NCBI GenBank assembly: GCA_002269645.1 | Contig: NIVC01000181.1 | Location: 147,547-211,546 of the forward strand | Direction of reading: 5' to 3' | Length of the DNA stretch: 64,000 bases | Origin: Macrostomum lignano | Lineage: Eukaryota | The notes under the pieces: model-generated | The model's database searches: none | The model's input: only the letters and a program-made list of their open reading frames with translations | What the model was told of the DNA's origin: nothing | Shown: in pieces, positions 51,161-64,000 of the stretch | Position numbering within the stretch: position 1 is the stretch's first letter | Layout: every line of letters starts with the position of its first letter | Position numbers and translations under genes: made by a program

Positions 51161-53539
51161 TTTTAAAGGATCCAAGGGACATAGGGAGAGTCAGGGAGAG
51201 GCCAGAGTTTGCCAATACATGTTTTAGAGTCAGACAGACATTGCCTGACATTCTGTGAAGTACCCCAGCCAACAATATCAATGTTAGCTTCAAATCCTAA
51301 TTTTACACGAATGTGTCCATTTTATGTCTACCTCTATCCTACTAACTACTAACAAGTTTTTGTTTGTGTATGACCTTAGATTTCAGAATACATGCAAAAG
51401 TAGTTCCGGGGATTGGAATTCCCCGGGTTCAAAATCCGCGGGTTTCAACAGCTTGTAATGATATAAACTTCATTAGTAGATAATGATATGAACTTCATTA
51501 GTAGATAACTGCTTAGGCCTTTATATAGAAGACTGCTGGCATAGGCCTAGTCATTAGAAAATAGGTTCTGGTGCTCAAATGCTAGAACTCTAGCTATTGT
51601 ATTAGGCCTACTTAAATTAGGCCTATATAAAAGCAAATATAAATATGAAAAGATAAAAATAGGCCTACTTTTTATTTCATAGAGAATTTTTTATAATTAT
51701 ACCTTTTATAACCATAGCATAGGCCTAGGGCTTTGGCTTTATTAATAGTTAGGCCTATAGAAAAAAACAATAGAATTTTATCATTAACTAAATTTATTTA
51801 TTTTTGTATCTATAGCCATATTTTATATTTTTTCTTATAGTCTTAGACCTATCTGTGACCAATATTTATAGCCAATAATTCTTTTAGTTAGTAATACTTC
51901 CTATAAGTTTTTTGCTATAATAATAAGAGAGCCTAGCAAAGTGCTACCAGCTAGCAATACTTAGGCCTTGTATATTATAGATTGAAAGGGCCTTTTAGGA
52001 CCTTTATTGGGAACTATTATAATTGTAAGAACATAGCTAGGAATAGTATTTTGTTGTTAGTGTAGAATACATCTAGGCCTATGTCATTCAATGCTTATCA
52101 ATTTATTTCTAACTATTTTGTTCTCTTTTTCTATTATTTTGTTTCCTTTTTCTTTTTTTTTTTTTTTCTTTTTTCTCTTTTCTATTGTAGTCTCTTTTCC
52201 TTTTTTCTTTTCCCTTTTCCCTTTCCTCTTTTCTCTCTTATCTTTCTTTTTCACTTTTCTTCTCTTATTTTATCTTTTTTCTCTCTTCCTCTTCTCCATT
52301 CTCTTCCCTCTTTTCTTTCTTTGCCTTTTCATTCTCCCTTTTTTCTCCCCTTTTCACTTCTTTTTCTTCTCTTTTTTCTAGTAATCTTAAAGTAACAAAA
52401 ATAATGAAATCTCGAATGCTTATCAATATATTTTTTTGAGAATAATGTGATCAGTAGATCAGTTTATCAGTTGGTTCCCAAAAAAATTGGGTAGCAAAAG
52501 GCCCTAAATTATTTGTAGTCTAGCCTTCTTTGATGGTGGCAAATGCTAAATGGTTTCTTTATTAACTTTATCTTAACTTAAGCAATTGTCATCCCAACTA
52601 TATTATATATATGCCATCAAACATCATTGTTGCTTGCTTTTAAATCTCAAGTCTTTTAAGTATTAAATGGCCATAGCCATATTTATATATTTTTCTCAAA
52701 ACCTTCTATATCTTTAAGTTTTTATAGCCATATCATAGCTACAGTCCCCTTATATATTTAAGGCCTAAGAGCTAAGACTAGGCCTAACTTTTGTGGGTAT
52801 TTTTGTAAATGTTTTAGCTATTTTTGTTGTATTATATATAAGAAGCCAAAAAAATCTTTGTCATAGAAATTAGTAAGATAAAAATATTTTGAAAGTTTTT
52901 AAAACAAACTTTTTACAAAATTGATCAATAGTGCCATATTGGGAAAACATATACAAAAGTGTAGAAATTTAGGTAAACATTTTTTGTAAATTTTTTATTC
53001 CTTGACCACTTTTCAAAGGTGTCTTTTATTCAAGCAAATGAGATAACAAAGTAAAACATCTTCAATTCATAGCCATAATCAAACAAAAAGAAAAAACTGT
53101 CAAGAAAAAAATCAATTTTACAATTTACCCTTGGTCTAGCCAGTCTACCATGATTTTTGCCAGCTGGATTAGTTGAATATATTTTAGTTTATTGTGGAGA
53201 TGCATAGGGATCTAGACCACAGAAACAATTAGGATCCTATCTCACTTTTCTATATACTTATACATTAAATACAAATCCCAATCTTACTCTCATAAGCCAA
53301 AAATCCCAGGATCCCAGCAAAAATTATTAATCCATTGAACATGACCAAGCATACACAGGGTACAGGCATTATTGATGACATTTTCTATTGTAATTTAGAG
53401 ATTATCTTGTGCAGAGTGTCAGTCAGATTGTCATTGCATTATTTATCGATTATTGCCAACCATTGCTGCCAGTGACGTGTTAAAGAAAGCATTTACTCCT
53501 TTCTCTCTATCAGCAAGCCTTGCACTTTAAAGCCTTGAG

Positions 53540-55321
53540 ATGGCTCCTCCAAGCTTCAGCGATCTCAGCAAAGATGCCAACGATCTCTACAATAAAGACT
53601 TCAATTTTGGCTCAGTCAAAGCCGAGCTAAAAACCAAAGCCCAGCTGTTGGACTCCGAATTCAAGTCTAGCGGCTCGCACGATATGGAAACTGGCCGGGC
53701 GGCTGCGGATGTTGAAGTTAAGCGATCGTTTAGAGACTACGGCATCACCCTGACTAATAAATGGAAAACCAGTAATGCCATTACAGCGGAGGTTGCCATC
53801 GAAGACCGCTTAGCTAAGGGTCTAAAGAATTCATTCGAGATTAATTTTGAGCCCAACACGGGGAAACGTAGCGCCAAAGTTAAAACAGGATTTAAACGGG
53901 CCAATGTGAACACTGCGCTGGATTTGGAGTTTAAGACTAATTTTCCCACCGTACTGTCTAGCGCTGTGTTCGGCTATCAGAACTTCTTCGCCGGTGCCAG
54001 CGTTGGATTCGATACTGAAAGACAGAAACTGACCAAACTTAGCTACGGTGCGGCTTTTCAGGTCTGAGTCATCTCCTGAAGCTGCCGAACCCTCCTTGAA
54101 TACTGATTCTCTGGGGTGTCCAACCCCTCTGAATATTACTAGTAATTTCTCTCCCTGAAATACCTCAGGGATGCATCTGAAGCTATCATCCAACCCATCC
54201 CTGAAGTACAGAGATGCATCTGAAGCTATCATCCAACCCATCCCTGAAGTACAGAGATGCATCTGAAGCTATCATCCAACCCATCCCTGAAGTACAGAGA
54301 TGCATCTGAAGCTATCATCCAACCCATCCCTGAAGTACAGAGATGCATCTGAAGCTATCATCCAACCCATCCCTGAAGTACAGAGATGCATCTGAAGCTA
54401 TCATCCAACCCATCCCTGAAGTACAGAGATGCATCTGAAGCTACCAACCCATCCCTGAAGTACAGAGATGCATCTGAAGCTACCAACCCATCCCTGAAGT
54501 ACAGAGATGCATCTGAAGCTATCATCCAACCTCTCCCTGAAGTACAGAGATGCAACTGAAGCTATCATCCAACCTCTCCCTGAAGTACAGAGATGCATCT
54601 GAAGCTACCAACCCATCCCTGAAGTACAGAGATGCATCTGAAGCTACCAACCCATCCCTGAAGTACAGAGATGCATCTGAAGCTATCATCCAACCCATCC
54701 CTGAAGTACAGAGATGCATCTGAAGCTACCAACCCATCCCTGAAGTACAGAGATGCATCTGAAGCTATCATCCAACCTCTCCCTGAAGTATAGAGATGCA
54801 TCTGAAGCTATCATCCAACCTCTCCCTGAAGTACAGAGATGCATCTGAAGCTATCATCCAACCTCTCCCTGAAGTACAGAGATGCATCTGAAGCTACCAA
54901 CTCGTTCCTGAAGTACAGAGACATCCCTAATAAAAATAGAAACAAATTAGAATAGAAAGTCAATTGCTGCTCAAACCACACCTACACGCAGGTGAAGGAC
55001 CTGTCCCTGTACGCTGGAGTTGAGAACAGCAGCAACTATTGCGCTTCAGCTTATCACCGCCTGTCTCGTGGCCTGGAGGCGGGCCTGAAGCTGTGCTACT
55101 CAGGCTCCAGCCACGCCGCGGATCTGGGCGTAGCGGCCAAGTACCGATTAAACGATGGTAGCGCTTTTAAACTGCGCCTAAACAATCGCAGCCTGTTGGG
55201 CTCGTCCTACAGTTTCCAGGTGCGCGACGGCTTCCGCGTGACAATGAGCAGCAATTTGGATTGTAAAAATCTTGGCGGCGGTGGCCACCAGCTGGGCTTG
55301 GCGTTCTGCTTCGAGCCTTGA
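53540..55321 (+). CDS. VDAC: Voltage-dependent anion channel (mitochondrial porin), 283 aa; exons 53540-54061 and 54992-55321
   Basis: MAPPSFSDLSKDANDLYNKDFNFG, GITLTNKWKTSN, KVKTGFKRANVN and GGGHQLGLAFCFEP. One phase-0 GT-AG intron gives 283 aa, the typical VDAC length. Confidence 0.95.
54165..54925. repeat. 43/39-bp minisatellite in the VDAC intron
   Basis: GATGCATCTGAAGCTA(TCAT)CCAACCCATCCCTGAAGTACAGA. Confidence 0.97.
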
Positions 55322-55939
55322 TTTATTAGAATTTATAATTATTACTGAAAGTACTGGATTCGAAAGAAATTTAGATCTTTACTTTTATGAGATAGCAAGT
55401 TAACACTACTGTTAGTACTGGCTTAAATTAGTAGTATATAAAAGTATGCACTTTACAGTTAGTTTGCTAACACAGCTCTAGATCTCTATTATGATCTTTA
55501 CTACTGTTTTTTTGTTAGTTTTCGTTAGTAGTATGCGAAAGAAGCTAGATTTTTCTTTATAATTATTTTACTATAAGCAGCGAAAATGTTAATCCTACTA
55601 TAGTAATATTTTATTATCCTGTTTAACTTTACTTTGCCAAGTTTTATTTAACTACCTGGCATTAGCACATTAATTTTCTGTTTGTCTGGCTCTTCTGCAA
55701 CACGGCGCTCTTCATATAGATTATATGAAACAACTATTTATTGTTGCATTATAGTTCAAACTAAAGACTTTTTAGCTCTTAATTCTATTTGATATAGAAG
55801 GACTAACTTTATTTTAAGAAAGACTGTTATAACATTGTTGCTAACCTAGCCATGTTTGAGTTAGGTTTCTCATTGATTTTCTCATTTGAGAGGTTTAAGA
55901 GTCCAGACAGCCTCTATCCCATAGGGGTAAAACTTTCCT

Positions 55940-56750
55940 TTCGGACAGTCTGTCTCAGTCGTAGGGGCGAGATTTCGGCGCTCGGACAGTCTATCAAAAG
56001 CGGTGAGATTTCAAACAGTCTGCACTTTATAGGGTTGAGATTTCAGACGGTCTATCCCATAGGGGTGAGATTTCAGACAGTCTGCACTTTATAGGGTTGA
56101 GATTTCGGACGGTCTGCATTTGATAGGGTTGAGATTTCGGACAGTCTGCATTTGATAGGGTTGAGATTTTGGACAGTCTGCATTTGATAGGGTTGAGATT
56201 TTGGACAGTCTGCATTGATAGGGTTGAGATTTTGGACAGTCTGCATTTGATAGGGTTGAGATTTTGGACAGTCTGCATTTGATAGGGTTGAGATTTTGGA
56301 CAGTCTGCATTTGATAGGGTTGAGATTTCGGACAGTCTGCATTTGATAGGGTTGAGATTTCGGACAGTCTGCATTTGATAGGGTTGAGATTTCGGACAGT
56401 CTGCATTTGATAGGGTTGAGATTTCGGACAGTCTGCATTTGATAGGGTTGAGATTTCGGACAGTCTGCATTTGATAGGGTTGAGATTTCGGACAGTCTGC
56501 ATTTGATAGGGTTGAGATTTCGGACAGTCTGCATTTGATAGGGTTGAGATTTCGGACAGTCTGCATTTGATAGGGTTGAGATTTCGGACAGTCTGCATTT
56601 GATAGGGTTGAGATTTCGGACAGTCTGCATTTGATAGGGTTGAGATTTCGGACAGTCTGCATTTGATAGGGTTGAGATTTCGGACAGTCTGCATTTGATA
56701 GGGTTGAGATTTCGGACAGTCTGCATTTGATAGGGTTGAGATTTCGGAAA
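55940..56750. repeat. 32-bp minisatellite
   Basis: TTTCGGACAGTCTGCATTTGATAGGGTTGAGA. Confidence 0.97.
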
Positions 56751-56923
56751 AATCCCCATTTAAATCGGGCAAGTCTTCATTTAGGACAGAGATTTCAAGC
56801 TATATTTGTTGCACAGGGCGGGAGTTGGAATCTCAGTTTCACTATGCAACATTGCAGCATCAATAAGCCATACCAGAGGAGACACAGCGAGCCCACGAGG
56901 CCTGAGCAGACCAGACAGACGCC

Positions 56924-57586
56924 ATGCCAGCCTCCGCTCCGACATCCCCTGCTCTGCCGTCGCCTTCGCTGCACTCGCCGACCCCGTCTGTTTCTTCATT
57001 ATCCTCTCGCGTGTCCGCCGAGCTCGAACGGTTGAACTTGTCCGCCCAGCAGCTGAACTCGGCCGAGACCGACCTGACCGAGGCCCGCGCCGAGTTCCGG
57101 CGCCGCCAATCGGCCGGCCTGGAGGCCATGACGGCGGCCCGTGTAGCGGCCGGTCCAAGCTGTATCGAAGCGGCCCGGCCGGCCTACGAAGCCAGGCGGC
57201 GTTGCCAGCTGACCCAGTTGGAGGCGCGAGCCGCCGCGGCTAGATTTCTGCGCCAAGCCTCGCCAACATCCTCGGCCGAGCATCAGCGCCTGGCTAGACG
57301 ATGCCACGAGCTCGAAGCCGCCGCGGCCCGACTTGAACGATCGGTGCGCGCCTCGGTGGCCCGTCGGGCCAAGCCGTATTTCGACGCTTGCGAGCGGCAG
57401 CGCCGCCTGCTAGAAGAGCAGAAGGCCCGGGTGGACACGCTAGAAGAGAAGCGGCGCATCTGCAAGCGGGTTTACCAGGAAACCATGGCCGCTTTAGAGG
57501 CCATCAGCGAGGAAGTGCACTCCGTTAGGAAGACCGCCGCCGCCGCTGCTACTGCCACTCCTCCTGCTGAGGGCGGCAACTCCTGA
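56924..57586 (+). CDS. SH3BP5: SH3BP5/Parcas-like coiled-coil protein (Rab11 GEF family), intronless, 220 aa, with a shortened central region
   Basis: RVSAELERLNLSAQQLNSAETDLTEARAEFR, ARPAYEARRR, AKPYFD and YQETMAALEAISEEVHSVR parallel the SH3BP5 motifs RIQGELEKLN, SKPYWEARR, SKPYFE and LEMISDEIH. Confidence 0.8.
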   Translation: MPASAPTSPALPSPSLHSPTPSVSSLSSRVSAELERLNLSAQQLNSAETDLTEARAEFRRRQSAGLEAMTAARVAAGPSCIEAARPAYEARRRCQLTQLEARAAAARFLRQASPTSSAEHQRLARRCHELEAAAARLERSVRASVARRAKPYFDACERQRRLLEEQKARVDTLEEKRRICKRVYQETMAALEAISEEVHSVRKTAAAAATATPPAEGGNS

Positions 57587-57664
57587 TGTCTGATGCTGAT
57601 GCTTTGATGCTGGAGAATAATGGAGTCTTTTAATGTCACGGTGAGTCTGGTGTCCGAGTGTGGC

Positions 57665-58880
57665 ATGGGATCAGTGAGGGATGGGATCAGTGTGGGATAG
57701 GATCAGTATGGGATGGGATCAGTATGGGATGAGACCAGTGTGAGATAGGATCAGTGTGGGATGGGATCAGTGTGGGATGGGATCAGTGTGGGATAGGATC
57801 AGTGTGGGATGGGATCAGTGTGGGATAGGATCAGTATGGGATGGGATCAGTATGGGATGGGACCAGTGTGAGATAGGATCAGTGTGGGATGGGATCAGTG
57901 TGGGATGGGATCAGTGTAAGATGGGATCAGTGTGGGATGGGATCAGTGTGAGATGGGATCAGAGTGGGAAAGGATCAGAGTGGGATAGGATCAGTGTGGG
58001 ATGGGATCAGTGTGGGATGGGATCAGTGTGGGATGGGATCAGTGTAAGATGGGATCAGTGTGGGATGGGATCAGTGTGGGATGGGATCAGTGTGGGATAG
58101 GATCAGTGTGGGATAGGATCAGTGTGGGATGGGATCAGTATGGCATGGGATCAGTATGGGATGGGACCAGTGTGGGATGGGATCAGTGTGAGATGGGATC
58201 AGTGTGAGATGGGATCAGTGTGGGGTGGGATCAGAGTGGGATGGGATCAGTGTGGGATGGGATCAGAGTGGGATGGGATCAGTGTGGGATGGGATCAGAG
58301 TGGGATGGGATCAGAGTGGGATGGGATCAGAGTGGGATGGCATCAGTGTGGGATGGGATCAGAGTGGGATGGCATCCGTGTGGGATGGTATCAGTGTGGG
58401 ATGGGATCAGTGTGGGATGGGATCAGAGTGGGATGGCATCAGTGTGGGATGGTATCAGTGTGGGATAGGATCAGTGTGGGATGGCATCAGTGTGGGATGG
58501 CATCAGTGTGGGATGGGATCAGAGTGGGATGGGATCAGAATGGGATGGGATCAGTGTGGGATGGGATCAGTGCGGGATGGGATCAGTGTGGGATGGGATC
58601 AGTGTGGGATGGGATCAGAGTGGGATGGCATCCGTGTGGGATGGTATCAGTGTGGGATGGGATCAGTGTGGGATGGGATCAGAGTGGGATGGCATCAGTG
58701 TGGGATGGCATCAGAGTGGGATGGCATCAGTGTGGGATGGGATCAGAGTGGGATGGCATCAGTGTGGGATGGGATCAGAGTGGGATGGCATCAGTGTGGG
58801 ATGGTATCAGTGTGGGATAGGATCAGTGTGGGATGGCATCAGTGTGGGATGGGATCAGAGTGGGATGGGATCAGTGTGGG
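57665..58880. repeat. 16-bp minisatellite
   Basis: GATGGGATCAGTGTGG. Confidence 0.97.
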
Positions 58881-59536
58881 AAGTCGAAAAGTCGCGTTAC
58901 TAAATTAATCTGATTATGAAGACAATAATGTAATGCAGGATTCAAGCTCAAACTCAATCAATGCACCGTTTAAAATTGGTTTCAGATCGCAATTAGCTCA
59001 ACTGGTTCGAAATCCGACTCTGCATCTTGAACGAAATCGATGCCAGCTGAATGATTTTCTATAGTCTGACCCGCAATTTTGCAACACTGTCTTTTAGTTT
59101 TTTGTTTTGTATGAAAAAATATCAGTTTATTGCATGAATTCGTGTGCTATATTTATATTATCTATAATCATTTATTGTGCTAGCTTGCGTTTAGTTTGTA
59201 ACATTGACGCTTTTATTGCCTATCAGTTTGGATGGCATGTTTTTGTTAATTTAAGTCTTTTATTATGTCATTTTAGGTTTACCTAAATTTCGCAATTTTT
59301 GTCAATCTTACTGTACTTTTATTTATGACTGTGCATGTACTTTTGCCGCCGAGGCTTGAAGATAAATTTCGAATTTTGCTCGCTATCGCTGGATACGCGC
59401 CAGCTGTCTGCTCTGCAAAATTTGCTGTTTTGTGTTTTTTGCTTTTTGGAAATTAAACCGCTCGCGCTGACAACACACGATTGAATTGCGAAAATATGCT
59501 TTTATACAATATGAAGCGCTGGCCCGTTCTCACCTT

Positions 59537-59550
59537 GTTGTCATGACAAC
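59537..59550. promoter_or_regulatory. Perfect palindrome GTTGTCATGACAAC (X-box-like), ~400 bp upstream of ZPR1
   Basis: Seen directly in the sequence. Confidence 0.35.
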
Positions 59551-59624
59551 GGGACCGATGAGCCATTGATTTTATTATATAATATACTTTGCTGACTTTG
59601 ACGTTGCTGGTGTTAGTTTCTGGG

Positions 59625-59646
59625 TGTCTGTTTTGTCGTTTCTGCC

Positions 59647-59689
<43 letters not shown>

Positions 59690-59806
59690 TTCTGTCTGTC
59701 TGTCTGTCTGTCTGTCATAGTGTCTATCTCTCTGTCTGTCTGTCTGTCTTTTTGTCTGTCTGTCTGTCTGTCTGTCATAGTGTCTATCTCTCTGTCTGTC
59801 TGTCTT

Positions 59807-59869
<63 letters not shown>

Positions 59870-59895
59870 TTCTGTGTCTGTCTTTCTGCCTACTT
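59625..59895. repeat. (CTGT)n microsatellite just upstream of ZPR1
   Basis: Seen directly in the sequence. Confidence 0.96.
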
Positions 59896-59942
59896 GCCTG
59901 TCCGTCACCGAGTACCACCGCTAATTTCAGCGCTGAGCCATC

Positions 59943-61196
59943 ATGAGCGACCTCGCCGAGCGCGCCGATGCCCAGGCGCAGCAGCCGCTGTTTCCCGGCC
60001 TGGACCCAGACGAACTGCAGGTGACGGAGATGCAGTCGCTATGCATGAACTGCCACAGCCAGGGCGTCACCAAGCTGCTGCTCACTCGCATTCCCTATTT
60101 CAAAGAGGTCGTCGTATCCAGCTTTGACTGTCCCGACTGCGGCCACCAGAGCCGCAGCACCGACCACGCGGAACGAATCCAAGACTACGGAGTCGAGTTC
60201 AAGCTCCGAGTCAGCAAGCCGAGCGATCTCAATCGGAAACTGGTCCGGGCGCCCGGCTCGGAGATTCGCCTGCCCGAGCTCGATTCGGTTTTTCCCGGCA
60301 GTGAGGCCTCGGTCAGCACGGTGGAGGGTGCATTGACTGACGTGCTGGACAACCTGCGCTCCGCCCTGGCCTCCGCGGCCACCTCTGCGGGTCCCGACGG
60401 AGTTGATCGGCTGGCAGCTTTTATTAACAAAATGCAGGGCATGATCGAGGCTGAGAAGTGAGTCTGGGAGCTGTCTGTTCACAATCTACCTGTCTGTTTA
60501 CACATCTGACCGTCTGTTCACAATCTACCTGTCTGTTCACACGTCTGACCGTCTGTTCACAATCTACCTGTCTGTTCACACATCTAACTGTCTGTTCACA
60601 ATCTACCTGTCACATCTGTTCACAATCTACCTTTCTGTTCACACATCTGACCGTCTGTTCACAATCTACCTGTCTGTTCACAATCTACCTGTCTGTTCAC
60701 AATATACCTGTCACATCTGTTCACAATCTACCTGTCTGTTCACAATCTACCTTTCTGTTCACACATCTGACCGTCTGTTCACACATCTGACCGTCTGCTC
60801 AGGCATCTGACTATCTGTTCACTCATCTACTAGCTGTCTGTAAACAATTATCCTGTCTGTTCACACATCTACCTGCCTGTATATCTACTTACTTATCCTT
60901 TCTCCCGCACGGCCAGCCCCAGCTTCACTCTTGTCCTGCGCGATCCCAGCGGCAACAGTTTCTTAGAAAACCCGTCCGCCCCGGCCGCCGATCCCTGCCT
61001 GACCGTCCGACGCTTCCAGCGCACCCGTGAAGAAGACGAAGCTCTCGGCATTACGCCCGCCGATGCCGAAGCCGAGGCCGGAACCAATGGCAACGCTTCC
61101 AGTGTCGTTGCTAATGGCGACGCTGACGGTGCGGCTGCGGCGACCGGCTCCGCTAGTGAGGAGTTTGATCGATACGGCGAAGTGTTGAATTTTCAG
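59943..61196 (+). CDS. ZPR1: Zinc finger protein ZPR1, 5' part; exons 59943-60457 and 60917-61196; continues beyond the window
   Basis: [38 protein letters not shown] (C4 zinc finger), [14 protein letters not shown] and [17 protein letters not shown]. The first intron is phase 2, and EVLNFQ|GTGAGT ends just before the second zinc finger. Confidence 0.93.
60470..60890. repeat. ~19-bp imperfect minisatellite (ZPR1 intron 1)
   Basis: CTGTCTGTTCACAATCTAC. Confidence 0.92.
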
Positions 61197-61248
61197 GTGA
61201 GTAAACTCAGTAGTATGTATCGTATTTAAGCTTGTGTATTAACCCTGA

Positions 61249-62180
61249 CGTGCCACTAATCAGAATAGAGTTGCCATTTTCACATCTGAGATGCCACTAA
61301 TCAGAATAGAGTTGCCATTTTCATATCTGAGATGCCACTAATCAGAATAGAGTTGCCATTTTCACATCTAAGATGCCACTAATCAGAATAGAGTTGCCAT
61401 TTTCACAACTGAGATGCCACTAATCAGAATAGAGTTGCCATTTTCATATCTGAGATGCCACTAATCAGAATAGAGTTGCCATTTTCACATCTGAGATGCC
61501 ACTAATCAGAAAAGAGTTGCCATTTTCACATCTGAGATGCCACTAATCAGAATAGAGTTTCCATTTTCATATCTGAGATGCCACTAATCAGAATAGAGTT
61601 GCCATTTTCATATCTGAGATGCCACTAATCAGAATAGAGTTGCCATTTTCATATCTGAAATGCCACTAATCAGAAAAGAGTTGCCATTTTCACATCTGAG
61701 ATGCCACTAATCAGAATAGAGTTGCCATTTTCATATCTGAGATGCCACTAATCAGAATAGAGTTGCCATTTTCACATCTGAGATGCCACTAATCAGAAAA
61801 GAGTTGCCATTTTCACATCTGAGATGCCACTAATCAGAATAGAGTTGCCATTTTCATATCTGAGATGCCACTAATCAGAATAGAGTTGCCATTTTCACAT
61901 CTGAGATGCCACTAATCAGAATAGAGTTGCCATTTTCACAACTGAGATGCCACTAATCAGAATAGAGTTGCCATTTTCATATCTGAGATGCCACTAATCA
62001 GAATAGAGTTGCCATTTTCACATCTGAGATGCCACTAATCAGAATAGAGTTGCCATTTTCACAACTGAGATGCCACTAATCAGAATAGAGTTGCCATTTT
62101 CATATCTGAGATGCCACTAATCAGAATAGAGTTGCCATTTTCACATCTGAGATGCCACTTATTAGTATAGAGTTGCCAGG
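61249..62180. repeat. 41-bp minisatellite (ZPR1 intron 2)
   Basis: TGCCACTAATCAGAATAGAGTTGCCATTTTCACATCTGAGA. Confidence 0.97.
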
Positions 62181-62678
62181 AAACAGGATTCATTATCTAT
62201 CAAATATTTCATATGATATGTTTCGATGTTTAAAATCACTTTCAAACAGTGTCATTCCTAGAAAAGACTGGGCTAGAAAAAGACGACAATAGCTCATAAA
62301 ATTGCGCAATGTACCACTGAAGATTGCCCCTACAATTATCGCCCTTTGCTCTCCCCGTCTTTCCGTCTATAGTTTAATTTAGTTATCGATTTTTTTCTAC
62401 GCAATTTTTTGTACGCAGTAGGGTTTGGGGAGGTGGGGGTTTTGGGGGGGGGGCAGGTTGGGGGTGGGTGCGCTGGCCCCCTATGCCTATATAGATATTC
62501 AGTCTCTCCTTCTCTTTCTCCTGTCTCTCTGTCCCTTTCGTTTTTTATTCATTGATTTTTTTGAAGAAAAACATCTCAACAGCAGACTTGGTTATGCTTC
62601 TTCTGTATTTTCAACAGGGTAAGTGGCTGATAGGTGATAAAATCTGTAATTTGTATTTTATTTATTGTTAGCAACATT

Positions 62679-64000
62679 AGTGATTAGTGAGTGAGGCACT
62701 TCAGTGATTAGTGAGTGAGGCACTTCAGTGATTAGTGAGTGAGGCACTTCAGTGATTAGTGAGTGAGGCACATCAGTGATTAGTGTGTGAGGCACTTCAG
62801 TGATTAGTGAGTGAGGCACTTCAGTGATTAGTGAGTGAGGCACTTCAGTGATTAGTGTGTGAGGCACATCAGTGATTAGTGAGTGAGGCACATCAGTGAT
62901 TAGTGTGTGAGGCACATCAGTGATTAGTGAGTGAGGCACTTCAGTGATTAGTGAGTGAGGCACTTCAGTGATTAGTGTGTGAGGCACATCAGTGATTAGT
63001 GAGTGAGGCACATCAGTGATTAGTGAGTGAGGCACTTCAGTGATTAGTGTGTGAGGCACTTCAGTGATTAGTGAGTGAGGCACATCAGTGATTAGTGAGT
63101 GAGGCACTTCAGTGATTAGTGTGTGAGGCACATCAGTGATTAGTGAGTGAGGCACTTCAGTGATTAGTGTGTGAGGCACTCAGTGATTAGTGAGTGAGGC
63201 ACATCAGTGATTAGTGTGTGAGGCACATCAGTGATTAGTGAGTGAGGCACTTCAGTGATTAGTGAGTGAGGCACTTCAGTGATTAGTGTGTGAGGCACAT
63301 CAGTGATTAGTGAGTGAGGCACATCAGTGATTAGTGAGTGAGGCACTTCAGTGATTAGTGTGTGAGGCACTTCAGTGATTAGTGAGTGAGGCACTTCAGT
63401 GATTAGTGAGTGAGGCACTTCAGTGATTAGTGAGTGAGGCACTTCAGTGATTAGTGTGTGAGGCACTTCAGTGATTAGTGAGTGAGGCACTTCAGTGATT
63501 AGTGAGTGAGGCACTTCAGTGATTAGTGAGTGAGGCACTTCAGTGATTAGTGAGTGAGGCACATCAGTGATTAGTGAGTGAGGCACTTCAGTGATTAGTG
63601 TGTGAGGCACATCAGTGATTAGTGAGTGAGGCACATCAGTGATTAGTGTGTGAGGCACATCAGTGATTAGTGAGTGAGGCACTTCAGTGATTAGTGAGTG
63701 AGGCACTTCAGTGATTAGTGTGTGAGGCACATCAGTGATTAGTGAGTGAGGCACATCAGTGATTAGTGAGTGAGGCACTTCAGTGATTAGTGTGTGAGGC
63801 ACTTCAGTGATTAGTGAGTGAGGCACTTCAGTGATTAGTGAGTGAGGCACTTCAGTGATTAGTGAGTGAGGCACTTCAGTGATTAGTGTGTGAGGCACTT
63901 CAGTGATTAGTGAGTGAGGCACTTCAGTGATTAGTGAGTGAGGCACTTCAGTGATTAGTGAGTGAGGCACTTCAGTGATTAGTGAGTGAGGCACTTCAGT
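62679..64000. repeat. 24-bp minisatellite, ~55 copies, running off the window
   Basis: CAGTGATTAGTG(A/T)GTGAGGCAC(T/A)T. Confidence 0.98.

Overview
Eukaryotic (animal) genomic DNA with GC-rich exons, GT-AG introns and very dense minisatellites. The style suggests a free-living flatworm such as Macrostomum, but that is inference only. I built eight gene models by hand, matching splice phases at every junction: the 3' end of a PSD/EFA6 Arf6-GEF (+), a compact 6-TM polycystin (+), an intronless DWF5-type DHCR7 with a 1-nt frameshift near its end (+), a 9-exon atypical soluble guanylate cyclase (+), a tandem double-BTB KCTD protein (-), VDAC (+), an internally shortened SH3BP5-like protein (+) and the 5' part of ZPR1 (+). 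Mobile DNA includes a frameshifted mariner, a LINE 3' remnant, two copies of a ~450-bp MITE, a nested-palindrome element with CCAAT/E-box motifs and a near-identical 2.47-kb tandem duplication. The strongest novelty candidate is the guanylate cyclase: it appears to have an N-terminal MGNC acylation motif, an O2-type H-NOX domain, a beta-like catalytic domain and a C-terminal DPY-30/DYDC docking domain that the ORF track missed. It sits near genes whose start codons lie inside perfect RFX X-boxes. No database searches were run; family assignments come from recognised motifs.
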